From Amoebophrya sp. A120 (lineage: Eukaryota > Protista > Dinoflagellata), in contig CAJINV010000002.1 of the NCBI GenBank assembly GCA_905178155.1, forward strand, positions 10,272,146-10,336,145: a stretch of DNA of 64,000 nt. Reading direction: 5' to 3'. Below the pieces are notes generated by a model, which was not told the origin of the DNA, searched no databases, and worked only from the letters and a program-made list of their open reading frames with translations. Position numbers and translations under genes: made by a program. This document shows positions 37,381-49,456 of this stretch, piece by piece; position 1 is the stretch's first letter, and each line of letters begins with the position of its first letter.

Positions 37381-40024
37381 TCATTGAAACAAAGTGAGCA
37401 TCTTTCTTTTTTCCTCGGACATTTGTTTCAGAGGGAGACAACAGAAGTCTTCCATCCTAAACCGAAAAACATTGTGGGGATAAAAATACGACTGATCTTC
37501 TCTTTTATCATTCACCGCGTTTTTCTCGCTCGCCAAAGACATATCTGCGGTTGCGGTGCAAGAAGTACCACTACCTGTGGCCGCACCAGTCCCCGCAGCA
37601 GCATTTGTTACCTCGGGTTTTTGTTTTTCCACAACTTTCGTGTACTCCCCCACTTCGGGCCTCTCCACGGTTTTGTAAAAGCCATTAATCGCCATCTCCG
37701 GAATACTCTTCTCCTTGCACCGCGCCCGCACGACGTTAAAGTGGACCGCGTACTCTCTCGGAACATCGAAATGAATGACGGAGCAAGTTACGGTGACGAA
37801 GTTACTAGTGCTCTTCTGCTCGTCCCCTTCTTGCTTGGACCGGAATGACGCGATCAGGTCGTAATAGTCTTTTCTGGTTTTCACATCCCGGTTGGTGTTG
37901 TCCACCAAGCAGTTTTTCTTCTCTTCAAACAACCCCTTCTTGCTATCAAAAGGAAAAATGCCCCCTCCCCATATCGAAACGAAGTTTCTGATGCTGGATT
38001 TTCGTACACAGATCGGATGCGTCTTGCAGTAGAGGACTGGAGGCATATGCCAAGCCGGAGCCGAGGGGTTTTGACGTAGGCGCCTAACATGACAAATGTC
38101 TATGCTGTAAGCCGAGCAGCATCACAGACCGCCTGTATAATGTGGCGGACTCTCTGGGCTTGCCCTCTTGCAAGACAGACAGGATTCGTGGTCACAAACC
38201 TGCATCGCAAATTTTGAGAGGGATGCGCTTTCAATATGGGGACGGGGGATTTTTCCTTACAATACTTGCACCGCGCCACACACGCGTCGCGCGACTTTAG
38301 CGTCTCCTGGTTCACGTAGATCCACGCCTTGCTGTCCGGGTTGCTCTCCTGGTCGAAAAAGAGCTGCTCAGCCAGCGTGGATTTCCCGGACCCGGGGGAA
38401 CCGACCAGGAGAACCAGGTGGAGGTTTGTACTAGAAGTGTTTCTGCTGTCATCGTTGCTGTTGTTCACCCCTACTTGTTCTTCAGAAGTGGCTGCACGAG
38501 CAGGACGGCCCAAAATCTGCTCTGTCACTTGCTTTCGAAACGAGCCTGCTTTTGTTCTCGTCGTGTTTTGCTCGTTTTGCTCAACTTCTCCTTGATGCGG
38601 GTCGTGTTCCGGCGATTCTCCCTGCTCCTGCTCTCGACTGCTCGCGTTTTTGAGCTGCGTCACCGATGGCACGAAGAATTTCCGCGGATCGAACCCCCCG
38701 AAGGAGTAGAACTTCTCGTCCTTTTCCTGCAGAAACCACTTCTCCGGGCTGTAGAACGTCCAACCCAGGTTCAGCGCAAACTTGTAGTCGGAACTGGAAA
38801 AGTCCTTCTTCGCAATTCCGGCCCGCTCCGGCCGGCCCGCGGCGTCGCCGACGTAGAAGGAAGTGCGCGTGTCAATCTCGAAGTTTGGATTTCTTTTCTT
38901 CATCTCTTGCACCACAAACTCGTACCCACCGGTGCCCGGCTTCCGGCAGTAGTTCTCCCCCAGTGCGGCGATGATGACGACTCGGTCCCTCGTTTTCTCG
39001 TCCAATTTCGACAAAATTTGCTCGCATTTCCACTTCCAGTCGTTCAACCTTAGTTCCTGCTGTTTCCGGTTGTTTTTGTGCAGCGAAAGCCCGTTTTGAT
39101 TTGTGAAAATCCAGATTTGAGTTGTAAAAGTAGATGAACTCGTGTTGGGTGGATTCGAATCTGATTTTACTTCGCAAACCAGCTCATTCAACCGCTTCAC
39201 CACCATATTATTCGGATATAACCACTGCCAGTCGTGCTTATCCTTGGGAAAAACCTTGTATAAGCTGCTCAGGTGTTACAATCTCAAACGTTACAATAGA
39301 ATCTGGAATTTGTGTTGCAAGAAGCGCATTATCTAGCTTACTCCCATAGGATTGCGCATGACAAGTTCTGGAGTCCCAATCCGCACTACAATCTGGCGAA
39401 ATTTGTATTGCAGAAAGTGGAATGCTGTCCGAGTCTGTCATGCTCATCATGCAATACAAAACCCAGACTCTATTGTAACATTTGAGATTGTAACGTTTGA
39501 GCGGGTCATACCTTGCCGGATGAAGTTTTGATCAAAGTGTTGTCCAGGTCGAAGGCGGCCACTCGAAGGCGGTTCTTATTTTGCTTGTTTACATTTGCCT
39601 CCACTGGTTGCCCGTATGCAACGACTGGGTCGTTGATGTTTTCAGGCAAGTGTTCTAGCGTTTTCGCCCCAAAGTAAATGTGCAGAGAATCGTGGTAAAA
39701 CGACTTCCACAACTGCGGTGACGGATTGGTCGAGGACGCAGACGTGGCTTTTCCCGCGATTATGTTGTTGCCCCCGCCAATAGTTCCCGGCATCCCGAAG
39801 ATACGGACAGGCTTTTTCGTGGGTGGGTGGGGGCCGCCAACGGCGGTATGTTGAGTCGTGCCATTTGTTCCGGGAGCATTTTGTTCCGCAGCTGGTCGCT
39901 TCAAGGAAGATGTCGAGCTGGCAGAAGCGCCTGCAACTGCTTCCTGTGGATCCTGTTGCGGCGGAACTGCTGCTTCCTTCGATGGCATGCCTTCTTTATT
40001 TTCGGTCACCCTTTCTTGATGCAT
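37381..40024 (-). CDS. PNKP: Bifunctional polynucleotide 3'-phosphatase/5'-kinase (~686 aa; start codon uncertain)
   Basis: AAFDLDNTLIKTSSGK|VFPKDKHDW, IFTNQNG, RKPGTG, FYVGDAAGR, KDFSSSDYKFALNLG, P-loop GSPGSGKST, VDNTNRDVKTR. Two introners split these motifs; exons 39511-40024, 38265-39253 and 37381-37938 total 2061 nt. Confidence 0.93.
37944..38264. mobile_element. Introner-like TIR element, family C (321 bp), TSD CTTGC
   Basis: CTTGC at 37939-37943 and 38265-38269. Removal gives CVARCK|KGLFEEKKNCLVDNTN. Confidence 0.95.
39259..39510. mobile_element. Introner-like TIR element, family D (252 bp), TSD CCTTG
   Basis: CCTTG at 39254-39258 and 39511-39515. ~48-bp imperfect TIR containing GTTACAATCTCAAA(C/T)GTTACAATAGA. 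Removal restores the conserved SGKVFPKD motif. Confidence 0.95.
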
Positions 40025-40665
40025 CTGCCGGTAGGGTGGAATAAATGATGTATCCTTACTGATCAAGTTGAATGAGTCGTGATGTAGATGTTTACAACTA
40101 TTACGAACATAAAAAAGCGCACAAAGACAAGAAAGGACTGGCAATGTCTGATGGATAAATGATCACCACGAAGACATACTCCCGCCAAATGATGAAGTAA
40201 ATCCAGTGAAGATCATAAATTGAAAATTGCCTGACAAAACCAAACCTGAGCCTCATGAAACAGTGTAAGATCAACGAAGGTGGTGTTCAGAGAAGGAGAA
40301 GCAAGGCCATCTCAAAAAAAAGTCGGATCGCGAATTTCCAGAACGCCCTCAGAAGATTATCATTCTGTCCGCAGGTTTTTCAAGGTCCCTGCTCAGAAAA
40401 GTGCACCGTGTCCACCTTCAGACAGTTTGAGAAGTTTGATGTGCTGGTACAGATACAACTGTGTGTCGCACGATGGATGAAAAAGACTTTCGTTTTTGTG
40501 GTGGTCGCTCTGAATCAATGACAGGTCGTGGTCGGTTCATTCTAAAGTTAACATCAATTTTTTGTGCTGCACGGCGATGCAGGGAGGCGGCGCAGGTAGT
40601 CGAAGATGCGGCGAAAATCAAAATGAAACCTATCAAGAACAGGTGATAAAAGTAAACGAATCGCT

Positions 40666-42729
40666 TCATCTAAAGTTCGTTAACCCGAAAGTTCCGCCCC
40701 AGCTCCCGTTCATTGCGCGATTGTCGTTGACGCCGCCACTCCCCGAGACGCGGCCGGCGGCCACACCGATTAGATTCGCATACTTTATCTCACCTGAAGC
40801 GTCTTCCCACTGCCAGCGCAGGTTCTCGTGTTCCGTAAAATACTTTATTGGGATGCCCCGCTTCTGGATCTTGGTGGATACTGAGGCTGTGCTTGTTTTC
40901 GTCGTAGTACAATTCTGCGACAAGCCTTTCGACCCGGCCCCAGGCTGTTGAAGATCATTGCTGGAGACAGGATCTTTAATTTTTGAGCTAGAGGATGACT
41001 GTTCTACTCCGACAGGACCGCCATCGCTGTTCGATACTCCCTCCATCATGCCGCTGCTATCGAGCAACGGATCGACGGCCGGGCTTTCTTCTGCGGTGGC
41101 GTCAGCCGTGCTTTGCAACGACATGGTGCTTTTCATCAAGTCTCGATTTGCGCTCTTCAAGTTTTTGTTACTCTCCTCCGGCGGCGTCGGGGGTGCGGCG
41201 GTCGATTTCGTCTCCAGCCCGGCGTGCGTCAGCGGGTTTGTTTTCGAAATTTCGTTGATCGTAGCGGCACTCACCACGTTGTTGGTGGGCAACGTTATTG
41301 TGTTCAGTGGCGCAAGCGTCACTTTGTTCGATTTGCTATTTTTCAGCTGCGCGGCGTTTTCCTCAAGCATTTCGACGAAAGCGGGCGACCAGGTCGGTTT
41401 CGGCTCGACGAATTCGCCCGGGGCGATCGACTCCGTATTGTCGAGGGGGACTTTCTTCAGGTATGGAAGCAGAAAACACGTGTGCGCGTCACTACGAATC
41501 ATCTCGTCGGCAAGTTTCCTGTTTTGATGTGGGGGGATGGAGCATCATGTGATAAGCACAGAGGATCTTCAGATTTGTATTTTCATCTGCTGGATCAGGA
41601 TTTCTTCTGCTGCAACTTTTGCTCCTTCACGAAAGGGCCACTTACTGAAAGAGGTCCTGGAGGCGACAAATCGGTATTGCATGCGAATCAAAGGTGCGGA
41701 ACCACTTGTCCTCGGGCATCGTATCAAGTTGTAAGTAGCCTACTTTGTTCTTTTCGTTTGATCATTTCATTGAGGAACCAATAAGACGTATAATACCGGA
41801 ACTTCCTTTCCCGGATCGCGGTCCTCCTGCCCTGGGCGTCGGGCGACAGCTTGGGGTCGTCAAGCTCGAAAAGGTATCCTGGGTAAAAACGTACCCACAC
41901 CAGAGTTGTAATGCAGGTTTGCAATGACAGGACCATTTGTAATGCGCATCCGCATGAGAGCCATTTCCAATCGTGTTTTGAAATTTGTAATGCTGTAAAC
42001 AGGATGAGTAGATGGATTTCTGACGCAGGTGGCCTTGCGAACCTGCACTACACTGCAGAGTGCAACTTGTCATGCGTGACTCACAAAAATCCTATGTTTG
42101 TGCTGCAAAATCCCCATCCTGACTCTGGTGTGGGTACGTTTTTACCGAGGATAAAAGGTCAATTTGAGACATCTCGTCCCGCTGCAAGAACGAGGAGAAA
42201 TCGGAGCCCATACTGACGTATGAATTGCAAAAATGTCTGGGTCTAGAAGATTCCAAACTTGTAATGCTGTCTCTGGATTCTAAAAAAATGTGTATTGCAT
42301 GACCAGCAAGAGCACTCCACTTAGTGCTACGCGAAGAGGGCATTTCTCATGCGGTAGAGGCATCGCAAACTCCTCTAAAAATATGTGATGCTAGGGCATG
42401 CATCACAGACATCATGGGCCATACAAAATATGCATGACAAACCTCCACTAGGGCCGTGCATACAAAATAAACATGTCGATCGATTGTGCCACTAGGGCCT
42501 TGTGTTCCGGCTATTCCGGATCGCAATCGATGGAGGGCGGGACCTGCACCGGCGACAGGCGCTACCCAACCAACCAACCAACCAAACCTGGCAATCTTCC
42601 AGACCCAGACACTTTTACATTTGATATGACGTCTTTGTCCGAAGGATCCGCAGCACCGCCCGCGCACCACTTCGCGCAGGATCGGGACGTTTGGTTCTGA
42701 AAGGCAAAATGCTCGCGATCCGGGACCAT
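40666..42729 (-). CDS. Hypothetical multi-exon protein interrupted by two introners
   Basis: MVPDREHFAFQN...DKDV|SMGSDF...SQIDL|FELDDPKLSPD reads through once both elements are removed. A GT-AG intron at ~41519-41645 leads into ORF 40666..41502. One junction near 41740-41800 is unresolved. Confidence 0.55.
41875..42153. mobile_element. Introner-like TIR element, family B (279 bp), TSD AAAGG
   Basis: AAAGG at 41870-41874 and 42154-42158; TIR TATCCT(G/C)GGTAAAAACGTACCCACACCAGAGT. Confidence 0.95.
42219..42626. mobile_element. Introner-like TIR element, family A1 (408 bp including a nested insertion), TSD TGACG
   Basis: TGACG at 42214-42218 and 42627-42631; family A TIRs; 263 bp without the nested insert. 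Confidence 0.93.
42445..42582 (+). mobile_element. SINE-like retroposed insert (138 bp) with (CCAA)n tail and 7-bp TSD CAAACCT
   Basis: CAAACCT at 42438-42444 and 42583-42589; (CCAA)5 at 42566-42585. Removing it restores the family A1 length. Confidence 0.7.
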
Positions 42730-45333
42730 CCACTTTTTTTTCGTTGCTTACTGCAGAAAGGACAAAGAACGAGCAATCTATCTAGATGTAGTTGCCGATG
42801 GTTACTACCAAGCTGTACTTATCCGAAGGATCAAAAATGCACGGCTCCGGTATTTTGGCGAGCGGCCTTCTTTTTTGCTTTTCTAACTTCTACCGAAAAG
42901 AATATGAAAAAAATGTCGCTTGCCTTTCTAACGAACTGAAAATTTCATTTTGCACATAACATTGTTGTAGTCACTATGAAAAGTAAGTTCTTGTCAACTA
43001 GCAGCGATGCTGAAAAGCTTCCTCCGTGCGCGCACGCCGCTTGTTCTCACAGACAGGCTCTTGAAAAGGATCTGTTTCTGTTTGGCGAGTTGAGAAGCGC
43101 AAGAACTATAAACGCCACAATGACTAAGTCTTTAGATCCTTGTTGGTTGTCCGTGACAATGCCGGGGAACTTCGTCCTCCGCACGAACAAAACTCGTCCT
43201 CCGCGCACGATGGTTCCTGGAGGCGACGCCTTCAAAAGTAGGACCACTTTCGCCTACGAGTCCTTTCGTCACAGGTAGTAGTATATTATTTTTCGATGCT
43301 GCAGTGGCTGAGAGTTTAGGTTTAGGTGTTTTTTCTGAAATAGGTAAAAATTTTCAAATACAGAAGTACAATCGATATAATTGGAGTTTTGTCTCTGTTT
43401 AACAAATTGTGCCGTCAATACTTTTTTAAAACTTTGCTTTTTTGTCAGATTGTGATTCAAGAGAGCTTTTTTTTCTTGTGCTTCCGTAGCCGAAATTCTT
43501 GTTTCTGCCTTTTATTGCAGCACAAACAAAAATCTGTTGAGCTACTTCGTTGTAATTCCGAATATCAGTTGTAACATACGTAAGAAAACGACGGCAGCAG
43601 CCTTCCGGTTCCGCCATGCAAAAGCACTACCACCGCCCTACACTCTAGTGTTTGACTATACAAAAGTTTTATCTGTAACAATCAACAATCGGTAAACCTA
43701 TCTGATAGAATTAAACTGAATAGAATCTCAAACTTCAAACAATGCCAGCCTTCCGGCATTACTGATTTTTGATGATAAATCTTCTTACTCGAATAAGATG
43801 TTCCTAAGTTTTTTTTCTGAGACCAACAAAATTCGGCCGCACTTCCTTCTAAAGTGCGACTCAGCACCCCGTTGCTGGGCAACTAGATAAGATCTATGAA
43901 TTGGTTCCACCACATCGTGCTCCAGAAGGGAAGCAGAGTAGGTGCCGCTTGAAATTATTGCATACGCTCCGCTGCGAAAAGCTTGGTGATTCCGGCCCCC
44001 GAGCCAAATCAACATCAGTATAAAGTATCACGCAGGAGTACTTCCTTATTGTCTTCAAACGAAAACGCGTCGTCGACCTCGCTGCGCTACTATTGACCTC
44101 CCGTCGTAAATCAATAAATCAGTAGCTCGAAACTACTCAATTTTCGTGCTAGGCACAAGGGTAACAATACTAGAGCTTATTATATCTTTTTTTGCTCGCC
44201 ACAGATTCAGTTCAGAATGCAAATATTATTACCGCCGGGTGCGAGATAATTATCAGCATCTTGGATGATAAAAAACGCACAACGAATGCTACAGGAAAGA
44301 ATAAACCGCCTCCGCCTCCTTGCGGTCGTTGATACATAAGATCTAGGAAGAAAAATGTTCATCGCAATCGAAGCGAGGTGAAGATAGCACCCTCGAATCA
44401 TACTGCTTTGAGTCTGTCTCTGTTTTTTGCAAACTTGGTGATCGTCCCAATCGGGTCTACTTGCTGCCATAAGAATCTGTAATTACACCAGGTCTGGCAC
44501 CTTCCTAAAACCACTACCGTCCATCTTCGCTGTAGCACGGGCGACCAGACCCGATAATTCCAAAGTCAGTTCAGAATTTGTGACGCTATTGTCCTTTCTC
44601 CAGGCGTTCGGCGTTGTACCTCATCGTGGAGGATAAGGAAATGTCCATCGTGCCTGCTCTGACTATGAAGTATAATTTCACCTGTTCTAATTTTGCTGTT
44701 GTGACTCCGAAATATTTTGTTACATCGACTTCTTCACTTCTCATGTTCATCTTTGAATATCTGCGTACGTAGCTATGAGTAGAGGAAACTGTATCTTTAT
44801 CTCTGATCTGCCGTGTAGTAGTTGCGGTGTGGCTTTTAAGAAATATGTTGCCTTTATACCAAATACATTTTTCGTCCACGCCAATTCAAATACAGAGCTC
44901 AGTAGGAAACCATACTTGTACAAATTTCATGGTCGTGTGTAGAAGAAGTTCTTGTTGGCCAGCTTCCCAGAAACGTAGCACAGTCGCAGAACGACTATAC
45001 TGCGCCTCTGCGGACCTGTCCAATAGAGCCGGTGTCCGTAGAGGATTCAGGTTGTCGCAAGCAACTGCAAACTTCAGAGAGGTTGTCACTCCGCCGCTCT
45101 ACTAGAAGCCTCTTTTTGTTTACATCTTTTTTTTTCTTTCGTTTGATAACAAAGTAACATCTTCTACCATCATCCTCTACTTCTTTGTTTGTCCGACATA
45201 CCAGGCACAGAAGACCGTGATCATCCAGCCGAGGATCATCAACAACCACGGGCTGCGCAGGGTAAGCTGCTGGTTAGCGATCACGAGAGAGCTGTTTTGC
45301 CAGCCGATCAGGACGTTTCCACTGTTCGAAGTA

Positions 45334-46923
45334 CTAGAGGACGCGGCATCGGAGGTCGGTGCACCCGAGTCCCCGTTCCCACCGTTCGCTCCAGCCGCAC
45401 CGGAGGGAGCACCGGCAGTCTGTTGATTTGTACCATTTGCAAGTGAGTGAACAGTATTGGTAAAAACAAATTGAACAAACGCCCATGATTTCCATTATTT
45501 CTCTATGATTTATTGATGCAACAAGTTTCCAAGTGACGACCGGACATCGACACAAAAAGTAACTACTTACCCCAATGGCACACTGATCGTTGCCGGAAGA
45601 TGATGCGGCTTGGGCTCCCACCGCTCCAGCCACTTGCGCAGTGGTTCCGTTCCCGGTCACAAGCCCGCCCTTCGTTCCCGGGGCACCAACACTCCCGACC
45701 ATAGACATAGTGCGCACATCGACACTTCCCATCCCGCCACGCTGCAGCACCTGCGGACGGCCGCGCTCTTTTAGGGAGCACCCGCTCCGATACAGGTCCG
45801 GGGGGTGGGCCCAGCCACACTTGTCACCCTTTTCGCACTTTCCGATCTTCCAGAAGTAACACAGAGTTGTCGAGGTGTCCTTCTGCCCTGGCTTCCTGTG
45901 AGTATTCGCACCGCCCGCCATTGGGCACACGATGCCAGGAGTTCCATCGAAATTTGTCGCTTGGGCCGCAGCTCCATTAGTTCCGCTTCCGCCCGCCTGC
46001 TGTGCGGTAGACTGCTCTCCGGAGGAGGTGTTTTCCGGATCGTCCGGCTTCTTTGACGGGCTCCCGGTGACCGGGCCGCTTTTCGGCGTCGGGTTGCCCG
46101 AGTTCCCGCCCGCATCGGCACCCGCGTTAGCAGTGCCCGCAATCGCCGCTCCACCTGCGCTGTTGTCACCAGCAGGGGCTGTAACTGATCCTCCGGGAAC
46201 CGCCCCTTTTCCCTGGTTGTTCATCTTGTCGGTGAGATGGTGTCCACCTTTGTACATCTGCTGACTGTAGGAATTCTGGTACTGGCGGCCCCCCTTGCCG
46301 TAGCCGTAAGCGTTCTGGGCTCCGTACTGGTAGTTTCCGTACGAACCGTGATACCCGCCGTGGTACGAAGAGCCCCCGTACCCACCGTACGCGCCCTGCC
46401 CGTAGCCCGCGCTCGGAACGTTATACGACGAATAGTTCGGCGACGGATGCTGGGCACGCTGCCCGTGCGGCATCTGCTGATGTCCACTCGGCGCGTTTTG
46501 CGGCCGCATCTGCGGACTCGCGCCGGAAGTCGGATTCTGGCTTCCGCCGGTGTTTCCCCACTCGCCGCTCCCATTACGCGAGTTCGGCTCCGAGCCGATC
46601 GCGATGGGGATGTTGCGGTCGTTGATGTTGGGCCGGGCGTGGTAGCCCTCGGGGATCTGGTGCGCCCACTCGCAGTAGGTCCCCTTCACGCAGTTCCCAC
46701 GCCACCAAAAGCGGCACACCATGTTCATCGTGATCCCATTGCCTCGCTGGTGGAAGGACTGCTGCTGCGACGGATGCACCGGCGGCTTGCCGCGGTGCGG
46801 GTACGCCACCCCTCCTGGCGCACCAGCGCTGGCGGACTGCTGGGTGCTGGTGCGCGGCAGAGCTCCTTCCGGGGGCACGTGGGTGGAACTGTGGTGGTTC
46901 GATCGATTTTTGCAGAACAACAA
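45334..46923 (-). CDS. CCCH (C3H1) zinc-finger RNA-binding protein exon; probably part of a larger gene reaching to ~49456
   Basis: CRFWWRGNCVKGTYCEWAH and CYFWKIGKCEKGDKCGWAH, with a G/Y/Q-rich linker. A GTAAGT donor at ~45569 means the ORF ends are not the true exon ends. Confidence 0.8.
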   Translation of the reverse strand: MLFCKNRSNHHSSTHVPPEGALPRTSTQQSASAGAPGGVAYPHRGKPPVHPSQQQSFHQRGNGITMNMVCRFWWRGNCVKGTYCEWAHQIPEGYHARPNINDRNIPIAIGSEPNSRNGSGEWGNTGGSQNPTSGASPQMRPQNAPSGHQQMPHGQRAQHPSPNYSSYNVPSAGYGQGAYGGYGGSSYHGGYHGSYGNYQYGAQNAYGYGKGGRQYQNSYSQQMYKGGHHLTDKMNNQGKGAVPGGSVTAPAGDNSAGGAAIAGTANAGADAGGNSGNPTPKSGPVTGSPSKKPDDPENTSSGEQSTAQQAGGSGTNGAAAQATNFDGTPGIVCPMAGGANTHRKPGQKDTSTTLCYFWKIGKCEKGDKCGWAHPPDLYRSGCSLKERGRPQVLQRGGMGSVDVRTMSMVGSVGAPGTKGGLVTGNGTTAQVAGAVGAQAASSSGNDQCAIGVSSYFLCRCPVVTWKLVASINHREIMEIMGVCSICFYQYCSLTCKWYKSTDCRCSLRCGWSERWERGLGCTDLRCRVL

Positions 46924-47395
46924 AATCGAAGAGCAACAACGCGATCACGCAGGGCGAGTCTTCAAAACGAATACCTACACAACATTGCGAATAATTTCTT
47001 CAAAGTTTGTATCGCCCTCTACTGTACTACTACTAGTACTAGGAAGATATAAGTTTCGCAATTTCTTTACCCATCCGCAAGGTCCTCCAAGCTTCCCAAC
47101 GACCCCGCATTGGTTTCTTCCAGCATCGGCAAGGCCTCCATACACTGCAACTCCTCGAACTTCTGGGTAAAAACCGTGGGTTGATCCAGCGGACTTTCGT
47201 CCAGATTCCGCGAGGCCGGAGTCTGTACAGCGTTTGTTGTACTGGTCTAATAAAAATTTGTTCGAGAATTATAAGTACCCAACGGACAGCACGTTTTCAA
47301 ACAGTTCAACATCCTTCCATGGATCGACATTCAGCATCGTGTTCTTGCTCCAATTATTCCAAAGGAAACACAAAAAAAAACTAGATCATGTTACG

Positions 47396-48301
47396 TTAGT
47401 TTACCTGCTCACTGATGATCTTCATCCATGCCTCTTCCGGGGTTTCCGGGCTCGCCTCACCCTGCGGTTCCTCGAACCCGCAGATGGGCGACACCACGCT
47501 GGTGTCCTCCTGCTCGTGGCCCGTGCTCTTCCGCCCGTGGGCCGTGGTGTCCTCCGACTCCGCCAGAGACTTGTCCAAATTCAGAGCCTGCTGCAAACCC
47601 TCGATCCGTTTAGTAGCGTTGGTGCCCTCTCCTGCTGTCGTCGTGGTGCGCTCGCCGGTGCCCGGCGTCGTGGAGGTACCCTTCTTGTTGGACAGCTGCT
47701 TCTTTTTCTTGTTCGACTGCTCGATGACCATGGCCTCGGCCGGGGTGGGAAACTTGTTAGCGTAGGAGTTCACGCGGGCCGGCGGCGTTTTGGTCCCCGC
47801 CGCGGGTTCTTCGGTAGTCGCATCGTGGTCCCCTCCAGCCGCGGCGCGATAGTACTCAACGGCGTAGTCCTCGGGACTGTCGGCCCGGGGCAGCAGCTGC
47901 GGCAACGTCGTCGACCCGGCGGTTGTTGCGGGCACGGAGTAGCTCCCGTCCGTCGTAGATTTACTGAAGTCATCGTGGCTCTTCGAAGAAATGATACCGC
48001 CGGGGTAGGACGTCGGACTATGCGCAGCTGCTTCGTCGAGAGAAACGTGTTCTAAGTCCTTCTTCTTGCCGCTACCGCTGTAGTCGCCCCCACCGATCAC
48101 CGAGAGGACATCCGGGCTTGCTTGTTCTCCTGTCAGCGCGCCGTCCACTTTCTTCGGCGGCTCCGAAGTAGTGGTGTTGGATTCGCCAGAAGTGGTTCCG
48201 CCGGTAGCGAACTTCGTCCAGTCAAAATCCATGTTTTCTGTTGCGGTTTTCATTTTTATAAAATCACAGTTTCTAGAGGACAAAAAATGAAGAGCGGCCA
48301 C
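47396..48301 (-). CDS. Low-complexity T/S/E-rich exon, probably spliced to the CCCH gene
   Basis: 301-aa ORF ending at a donor-like CAG|GTAAAC. A further open segment at ~47070-47230 ends in GG|GTAAG. Confidence 0.55.
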   Translation of the reverse strand: MAALHFLSSRNCDFIKMKTATENMDFDWTKFATGGTTSGESNTTTSEPPKKVDGALTGEQASPDVLSVIGGGDYSGSGKKKDLEHVSLDEAAAHSPTSYPGGIISSKSHDDFSKSTTDGSYSVPATTAGSTTLPQLLPRADSPEDYAVEYYRAAAGGDHDATTEEPAAGTKTPPARVNSYANKFPTPAEAMVIEQSNKKKKQLSNKKGTSTTPGTGERTTTTAGEGTNATKRIEGLQQALNLDKSLAESEDTTAHGRKSTGHEQEDTSVVSPICGFEEPQGEASPETPEEAWMKIISEQVN

Positions 48302-48365
48302 AGCCGTGTGTAAGATGTTGAAACGGAGAGGAGCAAGAAACGTTCTACCACCTTTTCTTCTACAC

Positions 48366-49456
48366 AGTCACAGCAGGGAAAAAACAAACCAAAACAGAAA
48401 GACAACAAGAAAAACACCACCTCCTCCGTTTTCCTGCGGGCCTGGGTAAAAGTCCTCGTACTGCTCGTGGTCGTAACCGGCGGCCGCCTGCATGTAGTAG
48501 TCCTGCATGTTGGCATATGGCGAGCAAAAAGTGTTTCACTGTAAGGATTTTGGCAGGTTTGCATCACAAGTTCCTTACACATGACAAAGAAAACTTGCCA
48601 TGCGAGATCCCTAAGGGAAAACAGAGCTAACAACTCAATGTCTTGCATGTGTAGCAAGACAAATGCGTCTTTGTTCCATTCTATGCATCACAAGTTTCCA
48701 GTGAAACAGTTTTTTCTCACGATATGGCAGCCGCGGCCCCCGCCGCACCGTACATGTCGGTCGCGTCTGCGCTGTATCAAGTGCAAAAGTGTCTGGGTCT
48801 GGAAGGATGCGAGGTTTGTCATGCGTGTCTGCCATGACTGAAGAGTTTGTGATGCGTGTCCAAGAAGAGACCCTCTTGCTTGTCATGCAAAACGCAGTTT
48901 CTCATGCGGAAAGCGCAACACTAAGCAGCGAAAATGTTTCTCATGCTTGGCTGTGCATTACAGAGAGTTCACTATTAACAACTCAGCATTACAAGTTTCC
49001 AGACCCAGACATATTTGCATTTGATACGCTGTTAAAATTTCCCATATTCGCCATCGCCGCCGCCATATTGGCCATCATGAAGTTCGTCGCCGGATCCGCT
49101 GCGCCCCCGCCCGGCGCCGCTCCCTGCGCCGCGGCGGCGTACATGCTGGCCAGCGCATTCGGGTCCATGGCAGCAGCAGCAGGATTTTGCTGTTGGTGCT
49201 GTTGCGCCGCCGGGTCAAAATAGGAAGGGTGCTGCAGCCAGGAGGAGTGCTGTTGCTGCTGCTGCGCATCGTGGTACCACTGCGCATTCTGGTCCTGCGC
49301 TGCGTAAAACATACCCATTTGCTGTTGAAAACTGTTGCCCTGTTGTTCCTGCTGTGTCTCACCCTTCTGCTGGCCCTGGTGTTCCATCATCTTCTCCTTC
49401 TGGTGCTGACGCTGTTCTTCGGCAGCCGCCGCCGCTGCCATGCCTGTTTGCATCAA
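48366..49456 (-). CDS. Q/A-rich low-complexity coding region split by two introners
   Basis: MMQTGMAAAA...MGNFNS|ADATDMYGAAGAAAA|NMQDYYMQAAAGYDHEQY reads in one frame with uniform composition after both elements are removed. The 3' end is uncertain. Confidence 0.6.
48516..48724. mobile_element. Introner-like TIR element, family E (209 bp), TSD TGGCA
   Basis: TGGCA at 48511-48515 and 48725-48729. Left end TATGGCGAGCAAAAAGTGTTTCACTG versus reverse complement of right end TATCGTGAGAAAAAACTGTTTCACTG. Confidence 0.9.
48775..49026. mobile_element. Introner-like TIR element, family A2, reverse orientation (252 bp), TSD CGCTG
   Basis: CGCTG at 48770-48774 and 49027-49031. The interior is the reverse complement of the 25342 and 51321 copies. 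Confidence 0.95.

Noticed and set aside
41450-41502. HECT E3 ligase catalytic motif (AHTCFLLPY)
   Set aside because: The spacing is shorter than HECT AHTCFNxLxLPxY, it is not C-terminal, and no other HECT features are present.
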